Assembly (NCBI GenBank): GCA_022117465.1
Contig: JAHCGZ010000005.1
Location: 7,544 to 71,543, forward strand
DNA: 64,000 bases
Source of the DNA: Candidatus Nitrosopumilus limneticus
GTDB lineage: Archaea > Thermoproteota > Nitrososphaeria > Nitrososphaerales > Nitrosopumilaceae
Direction of reading: 5' to 3'
Shown: positions 1-7,716 of the stretch, in pieces
Numbering within the stretch: the first letter of the stretch is position 1
How the letters are laid out: each line of letters begins with the position of its first letter
The notes under the pieces: model-generated
What the model was told of the DNA's origin: nothing
Seen by the model: the letters and a program-made list of their open reading frames with translations, nothing else
Database searches by the model: none
Made by a program: the position numbers and the translations under genes

Positions 1-247
1 TCTAGGCTTATTGGCTCAATTGTAATGCTATGGCCTCCCATCTCTTCAGTAGCACTTTGAGATGTGTTATATCCAACAAATACTGCAACAATTAGAAACA
101 TTGCAATGACTAGTCCAATTAGGATATTTACCATGTTATTTTGAATTTTGATACTAGGTGAGTATAAACATTATGAAAACCAAAAATCTCAATTGATCAT
201 TTTGAAAAAATTAATTACACCACAAAATATGGAGATATTATAAAATC

Positions 248-1558
248 ATGATTGAAACTGAACTTGGAACTTTACGCAGATCCCACTACTCTAATGAATT
301 AAGTGCATCAATGGATGGAGATACAGTTACTGTAATGGGGTGGGTTTTGACAGTTAGAGGACATGGTAACATTAGCTTTGCAACTATAAGAGACAAAAAT
401 GGTGACCTTTCAGTTGTTGCAAAAAAAGGAGATTGCCCTGATGAGATACTTGAAAAAATATCTTCACTAAAGGCACATTCATCAATTGCAGTTATTGGAA
501 AAATAAAAGCATCTGAAAAAGCACCAAGTGGATTTGAAATTATTCCAAATGAATTAAGAGTATTTTCAGAAGTTACAAAAATTCCTCCTTTTGAGCCAAC
601 TGCAAAAACTGTAAAAAACATTGATACGCGTTTAGAGGTAAGACCTATTGATTTAAGACGAAATGTATTACAACATGTTTTTAAAATTAGAAGTTTAGTT
701 TTAAAAACAATAAGAGATTACTTTATAGAAGAAAATTTTATTGAAATTAATACTCCAAAAATGATTGCAACTGCAACAGAAGGTGGAGCTGCATTGTTTC
801 CAATATTTTACTACAACAAGGAGGCATTTTTAGCTCAAAGCCCCCAATTATACAAAGAGCAACTAACAATGAGTTTTGAAAAAGTCTTTGAGATTGCTCC
901 AATCTTTAGAGCAGAGCCATCAAGAACCAACAGACATTTGGCTGAAGCAATTTCAATAGACCTCGAAGAAGCCTTTGTTGATTACAATGATGTAATGAAT
1001 CGAATTGAGGAGATAATCAAAGTTTCAGTAATTGCAGCAAATAATTATATTAAAAATAATCCAGATTCTGAATTTACCCAAATTATAGTACCAAATAGCA
1101 TTCCAAGATACACCTATGATGATCTTGTTGATAAAATGCAAAAAGCAGGTGCAAAAACAGAGTGGGGAGATGACTTGTATCCTTCAAATCTTAAAAAAAT
1201 TGGATTAGATGGATTTTACTTTATTACTGATTGGCCTTTAGGACCAAAGCCATTTTACGTAAAAGGAAGCAAAACAAATCCTAAACTTTCAGAGTCATTT
1301 GATTTAATGTTTGGAGATTTAGAATTATCTTCAGGAAGTACAAGAATTGAAAAACGTGAGGAGTTGGCTCAAAGAATGAGTAACAAAGGTATGAAAACAG
1401 ACTCTTTTGAGTATCATCTTAACGCATTTGATTATGGTGTACCACCACACGCAGGTTTTGGTATTGGTCTTGAGCGATTAATTATGGTTTTAACTGGAAC
1501 TGAAAATATTCGTGATACTACATTTTATCCAAGAGATGTTGATAGATTAACTCCATGA
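248..1558 (+). CDS. aspS: Aspartyl-tRNA synthetase, archaeal type, probably non-discriminating
   Basis: N-terminal OB-fold anticodon domain; class II motifs LAQSPQLYK, FRAE and PPHAGFGIGLERL; gatCAB lies nearby. Confidence 0.97.
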   Translation: MIETELGTLRRSHYSNELSASMDGDTVTVMGWVLTVRGHGNISFATIRDKNGDLSVVAKKGDCPDEILEKISSLKAHSSIAVIGKIKASEKAPSGFEIIPNELRVFSEVTKIPPFEPTAKTVKNIDTRLEVRPIDLRRNVLQHVFKIRSLVLKTIRDYFIEENFIEINTPKMIATATEGGAALFPIFYYNKEAFLAQSPQLYKEQLTMSFEKVFEIAPIFRAEPSRTNRHLAEAISIDLEEAFVDYNDVMNRIEEIIKVSVIAANNYIKNNPDSEFTQIIVPNSIPRYTYDDLVDKMQKAGAKTEWGDDLYPSNLKKIGLDGFYFITDWPLGPKPFYVKGSKTNPKLSESFDLMFGDLELSSGSTRIEKREELAQRMSNKGMKTDSFEYHLNAFDYGVPPHAGFGIGLERLIMVLTGTENIRDTTFYPRDVDRLTP

Positions 1559-1560
1559 GT

Positions 1561-1902
1561 TTATTCTAAAATTTCTTTGTAATCTTGTATTTCCATCATT
1601 AAAGATAAATCATTTTGTAAAGGATTATGACAGTGTGCAAAATTAAGATTGTCTAAAAGTGAATCTATCAAAGAACATTTATTTTTTGTATATTGATAAT
1701 ACCTATCAAAAGCCATATCAAATGAATAACATTTTTCAATTTGATTCCAATACTCCCCCCTTATTGCAACATATTCTACTAAAAAATCATGTATGGGTGA
1801 TTCAACAATAGGTGCCAGATTAAATCGTAAAAGTTTTATCAAAATTGTTTCAAACTCTTTATCCAGATTTGCATCATAGATTTGTGTGTAAATACTAGTC
1901 AT
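1561..1902 (-). CDS. Hypothetical protein
   Basis: 113-aa ORF with normal composition; no family recognised. Confidence 0.6.
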   Translation of the reverse strand: MTSIYTQIYDANLDKEFETILIKLLRFNLAPIVESPIHDFLVEYVAIRGEYWNQIEKCYSFDMAFDRYYQYTKNKCSLIDSLLDNLNFAHCHNPLQNDLSLMMEIQDYKEILE

Positions 1903-2121
1903 ACATTATCACGTAAATACCATGACTTCGTATTTTTCAAATTTTTCTTTTAATTTTTCTTTCTTTCTATCTTTTGTATTTTTCACGATTTATCGATGTG
2001 ATAATGGAATTTAATGTAGATTGTATAAAATGTAAACAAATTTTTAGGATAATAAAAAAAACTACATAATTTCTGAACGTTTGTTAAAAATACGAGTTTA
2101 GAAAAAAGAAGAGTTTGGAAA

Positions 2122-2385
2122 TTACTTCCAAGCATACCATAGACCAAGACTAGTACCAATTTGGTATTTTTCTTTTGCACATTGGTCTAGCATTTTATAC
2201 ATGCTTTTGCTATCAGTAAAGTCACCCATAATGAACACTTTGTAATTTGTGCCTTCGTATTGAGTGCCTATACATTTTACTTTGGTTGCTTGTGCATGAT
2301 AACTTGCATAGCTTTCAGGAATTGCTACTGCAAAAATCATTAAACCAAACATTAGGGAGATTCCTAATATTGTTATTTTATTCAT
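2122..2385 (-). CDS. Small secreted hypothetical protein
   Basis: Signal peptide MNKITILGISLMFGLMIFAVAIPESYA; two Cys. Confidence 0.7.
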   Translation of the reverse strand: MNKITILGISLMFGLMIFAVAIPESYASYHAQATKVKCIGTQYEGTNYKVFIMGDFTDSKSMYKMLDQCAKEKYQIGTSLGLWYAWK

Positions 2386-2407
2386 TATCTCAATTCTGTT
2401 TTTTATG

Positions 2408-2440
2408 ACTTAAGCATTATTCACTAATGTGAGTTTAGAA
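2408..2440 (-). promoter_or_regulatory. 33-bp element duplicated at 3304-3336; contains a TATA-like GCTTAAGT and the boundary motif
   Basis: 32/33 identity between copies; TTAAG lies about 23-29 nt upstream of the next start codon. Confidence 0.75.
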
Positions 2441-2459
2441 GTTAATTATTATTTTTATT

Positions 2460-3281
2460 TTAATCTAACCCTTTTGCACCAGTAAGGTTTGCTCTTCTAA
2501 GGTCTGCATCACTAAGGTTTGCACCAGTAAGGTCTGCACCAGTAAGGTCTGCATCTCTAAGGTTTGCACCAGTAAGGTTTGCACCAGTAAGGTCTGCATA
2601 ACCAAGATATGCACCACTAAGGTTTGCACCAATAAGGTCTGCATCTCTAAGGTTTGCACCAGTAAGGTCTGCACCAGTAAGGTCTGCATAACCAAGATTT
2701 GCACCACCAAGGTTTACATCTCTAAGGTTTACACCACCAAGGTTTACACCACCAAGGTTTACACCACCAAGGTTTACACCACCAAGGTCTGCACCTCTAA
2801 GTTTTACACCACCAAGGTCTGCACCTCTAAGGTCTGCACCACTAAGGTCTGCACCACTAAGGTTTACACCACTAAGGTTTGAATTTTGAAAGTTTGCACC
2901 ACTAAGTTTTGCACCACTAAGGTCTTTTCCATGTAAATCCATTTCATGAAAATCACAATTTGTCAGTAATGCACCTTTATTCAAACTCGCACATTTGCCT
3001 GTAGGCTTTGTAGATTGTGTACTTTCTTTTGGTGTTGTAGATTGTGTACTAGAAGTTTTTAAATTAGTATTTTCCGTTTTTAATTTAGCATTTTCATTTT
3101 TTAATTTATAATTCTCTTTTTTTATTTTAGCACTTTCAGAAAGTAAATCCTTGATCTTTTTTTCAAGTGATTTGATTTTATCCATTAATTTTTGCTCAGA
3201 TTCTGGACTTGCTGAAATTGAAGTAAAAGATACGCTTAGAAGAATAACTGATAGAATAGTAAATAATATGATTTTATTCAA
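2460..3281 (-). CDS. Secreted pentapeptide-repeat protein with an N-terminal coiled coil
   Basis: TTG start, signal peptide, K/E-rich coil, about 30 A(D/N)LxG repeats encoded by 15-bp DNA repeats. Confidence 0.9.
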   Translation of the reverse strand: MNKIILFTILSVILLSVSFTSISASPESEQKLMDKIKSLEKKIKDLLSESAKIKKENYKLKNENAKLKTENTNLKTSSTQSTTPKESTQSTKPTGKCASLNKGALLTNCDFHEMDLHGKDLSGAKLSGANFQNSNLSGVNLSGADLSGADLRGADLGGVKLRGADLGGVNLGGVNLGGVNLGGVNLRDVNLGGANLGYADLTGADLTGANLRDADLIGANLSGAYLGYADLTGANLTGANLRDADLTGADLTGANLSDADLRRANLTGAKGLD

Positions 3282-3303
3282 TAATTCTATAAATTTTGTA
3301 TTA

Positions 3304-3336
3304 ACTTAAGCATTATTCATTAATGTGAGTTTAGAA
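3304..3336 (-). promoter_or_regulatory. Second copy of the 33-bp promoter-like element
   Basis: Matches 2408-2440 at 32/33 positions. Confidence 0.75.
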
Positions 3337-3337
3337 T

Positions 3338-3577
3338 CTACTCTTTGTGCTTTGCATTATCTTTTAGCGTCTTATCTAGAGGCACAGTAATTGTTCTATC
3401 TGAGCCTTTACAATAATTTTTTCCTTTGAAATGCTTGTGGATTTTGACTTTAGCCATCATAACACTATCTATTCCATAGTTTCCATGATGATCTGTAATT
3501 TCTTGACTAACAATATGACAAGTTTCAAAAACATTACACCATTTACACATAATTTTTATTTTTTTCTCACTAGTCAT
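3338..3577 (-). CDS. Small putative Zn-binding protein (CxWC...HKHF...CKGSD); frame is open to 3661
   Basis: Paralogous to 6357-6569; start at MTSEKK chosen by alignment to that paralog. Confidence 0.65.
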   Translation of the reverse strand: MTSEKKIKIMCKWCNVFETCHIVSQEITDHHGNYGIDSVMMAKVKIHKHFKGKNYCKGSDRTITVPLDKTLKDNAKHKE

Positions 3578-3678
3578 AAAGTCTCTTTCAGAATTTGATC
3601 TTTCTGTTTTAGCAATATCATAATTAATTTTATGATAAATTTTGCTTAAAAGCCTAAGCATTTTTTACAATTATGAAT

Positions 3679-4590
3679 TTAGAATCTCTTTCTAATTCCA
3701 ACAATTACAACAGCTGGAATTCCAATATACATTGCCAAATTTAATGCAATAATTGAAAGTCCTAATCCTAAAACTTCAGACTCTGAATTTGCATTTTCCA
3801 TAATTGATAGTGTTGTAATCATTGGTGTAATTGCAAACTTTACTGCTTCTTTGAAAATTGGTGATTCTCTTTCGTAATCAGCTATTGTTGGTGAAAATGT
3901 ATAGTAAATGTCATTAAATGTTGCCATAAATGCAGAACCTGATTCTGTTTGCAATAATGAATTATCTCTAATTTCTCTAAGTAGTTGAACTTGTGGTGCA
4001 AGTTCAGAACCATATGTTGCTGTTGCAATTAGACAACCGCCGCCATTCTCTTCAGACTCTTGAGTAGCAACAACTGTTTCTTCTACAACTTGTTCCTCAA
4101 CAACTGTTTCTTCTACAACTTGTTCTTCAACAACTGTTTCCTCTGCAACTTCACTATGAGTTTCCATTTTCTCATGAGTTTTTTCTGTTGCCTCTTGTAC
4201 TATGATTGTTCCTTGCATCCAAGGATGAATCATATCAAAATAAGGAAATTCACCTACATTTTCTGGTATCCATTGAAAAGAACTACCTGGTTCAAGCATT
4301 CCAGAATTAAATTCTACACCAATAACATCATCTGAAGGTACACCTGATGAAAAAGTATGTGATACACTTTCAGTATTTGAAAATATTATAACACTGCCAA
4401 CATAAACTGTTACAGGATTTGGACTGTAACATCCTTCTTCTGTAAGTTCACAACCTGAATCTGAACCTGAACCAGATATTGGAGTGATTGTAATCTCATG
4501 ATGATCTGCAAAAGCATTAGGAGCAATTGAAATCATGGATATTGATATGGTAAATAATAGAAAGATTGAGCTTATTGCTTTAGTCTTCAT
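3679..4590 (-). CDS. Cupredoxin (plastocyanin-like) domain protein with CFI-box-CTERM anchor; the Cys ligand is replaced by Asp
   Basis: Signal peptide, SHTF...YFDMIHPWM loop, EETVV linker repeats, GGGCLIATATYGSELAPQVQLLRE and a C-terminal TM helix. Confidence 0.88.
   Translation of the reverse strand: MKTKAISSIFLLFTISISMISIAPNAFADHHEITITPISGSGSDSGCELTEEGCYSPNPVTVYVGSVIIFSNTESVSHTFSSGVPSDDVIGVEFNSGMLEPGSSFQWIPENVGEFPYFDMIHPWMQGTIIVQEATEKTHEKMETHSEVAEETVVEEQVVEETVVEEQVVEETVVATQESEENGGGCLIATATYGSELAPQVQLLREIRDNSLLQTESGSAFMATFNDIYYTFSPTIADYERESPIFKEAVKFAITPMITTLSIMENANSESEVLGLGLSIIALNLAMYIGIPAVVIVGIRKRF
4071..4150 (-). repeat. 30-bp tandem repeat encoding an EETVVEEQVV acidic linker
   Basis: caactgtttc at 4071, 4101 and 4131. 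Confidence 0.85.
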
Positions 4591-4689
4591 TAATTCACTT
4601 GAAAATGCTATACATAAAAACGTCTCTAAAATAGTAAATTAATTTTTAATAACGGATTTGTGATATTTATGATTTGATCAAATGCGAGT

Positions 4690-6267
4690 TTAGAATCTCT
4701 TTTTAATTCCAACAATTACAACAGCTGGAACACCTAGATACATTCCAAGATTTAGTATGATTAATGAAATTCCAATACTCAATACTTCAGACTCTGAATT
4801 TGCATTTTCCATTAAAGATAATGTAGAAATCATTGGTGTAATTGCAAGCTTTACTGCCTCTTTGAATACAGGATTTTCTCTTTCGTAATCAGCTATTGTT
4901 GGTGAAAATGTATAGTAGAAATCATTGAATGTTTTCATGAATTGTATACCTGATTCTGTGTTTAGTAATTGGTTATCTCTAATTTCTCGAAGTAGTTGTA
5001 CTTGTGGTGCTAATTCACTACCATAAGTTGCAGTTGCAATTAGACAACCACCTCCTTCTACAGATGTAGTAATTTCTGATTGTATCTCCTCAGACTCTGA
5101 TGCAATAACCTCTGTCTCTAAAGATTTTTCAGCAGCAGCTATTGGTAAAATTCTATAAATTACACTTTCACCATGTGATACCAAGTAAAGAAATCCGTCT
5201 GGACCTCTTTCAATATCTGTAATACATCTAAAACCTGTTCCAAGCATAATTTCATCTGTAGAATCATTTTCATTAACTAAATTATCTTGCAAATCTGGAT
5301 TTGAAAATACAAATCCATCTCTACTTTGATTTAATTGAAATTTATACAAATGTCCATTATTACAATCACCTACAAAAATAGAATTATCATAATCTCTAGT
5401 TTCTTTAAAATTTCCAAAACTTATTGCTGCAGGTGCAACAACCTCTTGCCAACTAAATTTTGGATCCGCATATTGGTAATCCTCGTATACTGGTAGACTG
5501 GCAATTTCTGATTGAGTTGCAGGTCCCATTATCATCTCCCATCCACTGTTAAATTTATCTTGAATTAAATTAATTTCATCAAAATCATCATCCCCATTTT
5601 CTGTATCCCATAAATTTCCATTAACTGGATCTATTGCAAGACCAAAACTATTTCTAATTCCCATTGCATGATATGGTCCTTCAGGGTCTACACGTAAAAT
5701 TACACTAGTATCCATGTAATCTTTCGTTCCTGGTGGATAAAGCTTCTCAAGGGATTGATTTTGAAGTGGACCATATTTTCCAGTATCACCAACTACTGCA
5801 TACACTTGTCCATCTAAACCAGTAACCATAGCTCCACTGTTATGATATTCATTAGATGGTAACTCTTTAATCAAAACAGGATTTACTAATTTTTCACCAT
5901 TCCAATCATACTTGTAAATTCTATTACCTAATTGTTCTTTTTCTGAATTAATTTCTGTAAAATAAAGATAAACTGTAGACCCAACACTTGTAATACCTAG
6001 CAAACCACTTTCTCTAATTGGATTAACATCTATTTGTAAAACTGGGTCTGTTTGTATTACACCATCACGAATTAATTTAACATTGCCTAATTTTTCTACA
6101 AGTAAGATATCATCACCAACAAATGTCATTGTAGTGTATCCCCAACCAATTTCACCTGCATATACTTCAATAATCAAATTATCATCATACAATACAGGTT
6201 GAGCAAATGCACTTGGAAGCATAACTCCAAGAATTGCAACTATTGCAATGACAAATAGAGAATTCAA
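4690..6267 (-). CDS. PQQ-dependent glucose/sorbosone dehydrogenase-like beta-propeller with CFI-box-CTERM anchor
   Basis: ESGLLGI, HNSG, GIRNSFGLAIDP, WDTENG and DEINLI motifs; CFI-box C-terminus. Confidence 0.9.
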   Translation of the reverse strand: MNSLFVIAIVAILGVMLPSAFAQPVLYDDNLIIEVYAGEIGWGYTTMTFVGDDILLVEKLGNVKLIRDGVIQTDPVLQIDVNPIRESGLLGITSVGSTVYLYFTEINSEKEQLGNRIYKYDWNGEKLVNPVLIKELPSNEYHNSGAMVTGLDGQVYAVVGDTGKYGPLQNQSLEKLYPPGTKDYMDTSVILRVDPEGPYHAMGIRNSFGLAIDPVNGNLWDTENGDDDFDEINLIQDKFNSGWEMIMGPATQSEIASLPVYEDYQYADPKFSWQEVVAPAAISFGNFKETRDYDNSIFVGDCNNGHLYKFQLNQSRDGFVFSNPDLQDNLVNENDSTDEIMLGTGFRCITDIERGPDGFLYLVSHGESVIYRILPIAAAEKSLETEVIASESEEIQSEITTSVEGGGCLIATATYGSELAPQVQLLREIRDNQLLNTESGIQFMKTFNDFYYTFSPTIADYERENPVFKEAVKLAITPMISTLSLMENANSESEVLSIGISLIILNLGMYLGVPAVVIVGIKKRF

Positions 6268-6356
6268 TAATATGGTGAGTTTTTTACTATATTTAAAAAA
6301 AATTATCTTTAAAAAAATGATTAATTACTAAATACCCCACAAATTTAGATAACAGT

Positions 6357-6569
6357 ATGGCAAATTCAGGTAATTTTCACATGTCAAAATCTAATGCTCC
6401 AAAGATATTTTGTGCATGGTGTCAGAAATGGAAAACTGGTCACATTGTTTTAAAATTTCCAAAAGGCGCAAACTGGCAAATTCATAAGCACTTTAATGGT
6501 GAAAAGCCGTGTAAAGGCTCAGATAAGGTGGTAATGAAGCCCCATTCTGATGAATCACCTAAAAAATAG
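6357..6569 (+). CDS. Small putative Zn-binding protein, paralog of 3338-3577
   Basis: KIFCAWC...GHIV...IHKHFNG..PCKGSD. Confidence 0.65.
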   Translation: MANSGNFHMSKSNAPKIFCAWCQKWKTGHIVLKFPKGANWQIHKHFNGEKPCKGSDKVVMKPHSDESPKK

Positions 6570-6578
6570 ATTATACAA

Positions 6579-6674
6579 TTACAAACTTCCAATTTGATAT
6601 CCGCAGTTTGTACAGCGATTAGCTTTTTTATCAAATCTTAATTCCTTACAAGAATTGCATCTAGTAAAAGCCAT
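6579..6674 (-). CDS. 31-aa Zn-ribbon micro-protein MAFTRCNSCKELRFDKKANRCTNCGYQIGSL
   Basis: Translated by hand; two CxxC motifs; ATG to TAA. Confidence 0.5.
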   Translation of the reverse strand: MAFTRCNSCKELRFDKKANRCTNCGYQIGSL

Positions 6675-6874
6675 AGTTGTTTATTTGTAATCTGATTATA
6701 AGAGTAAATCTAATTTCTTTTATTAAAATAAAGTACAATTAATTTTCAAAGTGTATTTCAATATCTAAAATTAGCGCCATAAAATCAAAATTATATTGGA
6801 TTTAGAGCATATTTGATTTTGTTTAAATTCATTTTATCTTAAAATTTTTATTGAAATCAAAATTCTAAGAATAC

Positions 6875-7402
6875 ATGCCATTTGTAAAAGAGGGGAACAT
6901 AATGAATCCTGAGATTGCAGCATTGTATAAAGAAATTAATGATGAACTCCAAATTGGAAAAATTCCAAATATTTTAAAAACTACCTCAATTGATCCACAA
7001 ATTGCAAAATGGTTTTGGGATGGAGTAAAAATTATTTTACTTCGTGAATCATCTATTCCAAGAATTTTAAAAGAATCTATTGCAGTTGTAGTATCCAATG
7101 CTAATTCATGTAAATATTGCACACAAGCTCATGGAATGTTACTGCAATTAATGGGATTTACTGATGAGAAAATTTTAGACCTTAAAAATAATTTTACTAG
7201 TTTTTCAGATAAAGAAAAAGCTGCACTAAACTATGCATTAAAAATTAATGATTCTGCAAACATGACAACAAATGATGATCATCAAATTTTAAAAAAACAT
7301 GGATATGATGATAAACAAATTGTGGAGATAACATCTGTTGTTGCAGCATTTAATTGGGCAAATATTATTGCTGATGCATTAGGTACTGAACTGGAATCCT
7401 GA
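6875..7402 (+). CDS. AhpD/carboxymuconolactone decarboxylase family peroxidase-related protein
   Basis: KESIAVVVSNANSCKYCTQAH CxxC motif; C-terminal EITSVVAAFNWANIIADALG. Confidence 0.85.
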   Translation: MPFVKEGNIMNPEIAALYKEINDELQIGKIPNILKTTSIDPQIAKWFWDGVKIILLRESSIPRILKESIAVVVSNANSCKYCTQAHGMLLQLMGFTDEKILDLKNNFTSFSDKEKAALNYALKINDSANMTTNDDHQILKKHGYDDKQIVEITSVVAAFNWANIIADALGTELES

Positions 7403-7436
7403 CTAATAGTTTTAATGATAATTTTTTGATTTGATA

Positions 7437-7474
7437 ATCAATTTTTTGATTGTTTTTTTATTTTATGAAAATTT
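7437..7474 (+). repeat. 38-bp T-rich direct repeat, copy 1, terminator- and TATA-like
   Basis: 37/38 identical to 7592-7629. Confidence 0.85.
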
Positions 7475-7489
7475 AGAGATACAAGTCAA

Positions 7490-7561
7490 GCCAAGATTAG
7501 AAAGGATCATGAAAAGAAGGGGGATTTGAACCAAACTGGAATTCATGTTAATCTAGGCATA
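7490..7561 (+). ncRNA. Candidate small hairpin RNA 1
   Basis: GCCAAGATTAG/TTAATCTAGGC outer stem and CATGAA/TTCATG inner stem; TTTTAT 29 nt upstream; no ORF. Confidence 0.35.
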
Positions 7562-7591
7562 AATTTTGTATAAACCAAAATTACTGTAATT

Positions 7592-7629
7592 ATCAATTTT
7601 TTTATTGTTTTTTTATTTTATGAAAATTT
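7592..7629 (+). repeat. 38-bp T-rich direct repeat, copy 2
   Basis: 37/38 identical to 7437-7474. Confidence 0.85.
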
Positions 7630-7645
7630 TTCAAATCAATACATT

Positions 7646-7716
7646 GCCATAGGTAATGCTGGGCTGCGATAATTCAACTAACGCATCTTTCCGAATTATC
7701 GCGCTACCTTGTGGCC
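7646..7716 (+). ncRNA. Candidate small hairpin RNA 2
   Basis: GCCATAGGTA/TACCTTGTGGC outer stem and a perfect 10-bp GCGATAATTC/GAATTATCGC inner stem; GC-rich patch; TTTTAT 30 nt upstream. Confidence 0.45.

Larger units (their letters stand above)
2089..4695 (-). repeat. Dispersed 15-bp gene-boundary motif TTCTAAAYTCRNATT, five copies at 2089-2103, 2426-2440, 3322-3336, 3670-3684 and 4681-4695
   Basis: Read directly; each copy overlaps or lies within 20 nt of the stop codon of a minus-strand gene, in sense orientation. Confidence 0.85.

Noticed and set aside
1903-2088. Tiny ORFs (21-aa MEFNVDCIKC... on plus, 25-aa K/E-rich on minus) and track ORF 1983-2180
   Set aside because: Too short or compositionally biased to support without homology or translation data.
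2460-2930. Diversity-generating retroelement target or CRISPR-like repeats
   Set aside because: The repeats are in-frame pentapeptide codons; there is no reverse transcriptase and no template/variable repeat pair with adenine-specific differences.
2089-4695. Canonical integron attC array
   Set aside because: No RYYYAAC...GTTRRRY paired cores or bottom-strand hairpins and no IntI gene; only the positional analogy is kept.
7500-7545. Split or intact tRNA on the minus strand
   Set aside because: Only the T-loop 11-mer matches; the T stem, acceptor stem and anticodon arm cannot be formed.
7646-7716. Riboswitch or T-box leader of gatCAB
   Set aside because: No match to aptamer or T-box consensus that I recognise, and a separate TATA-like box sits about 35-40 nt upstream of gatC, downstream of the hairpin.
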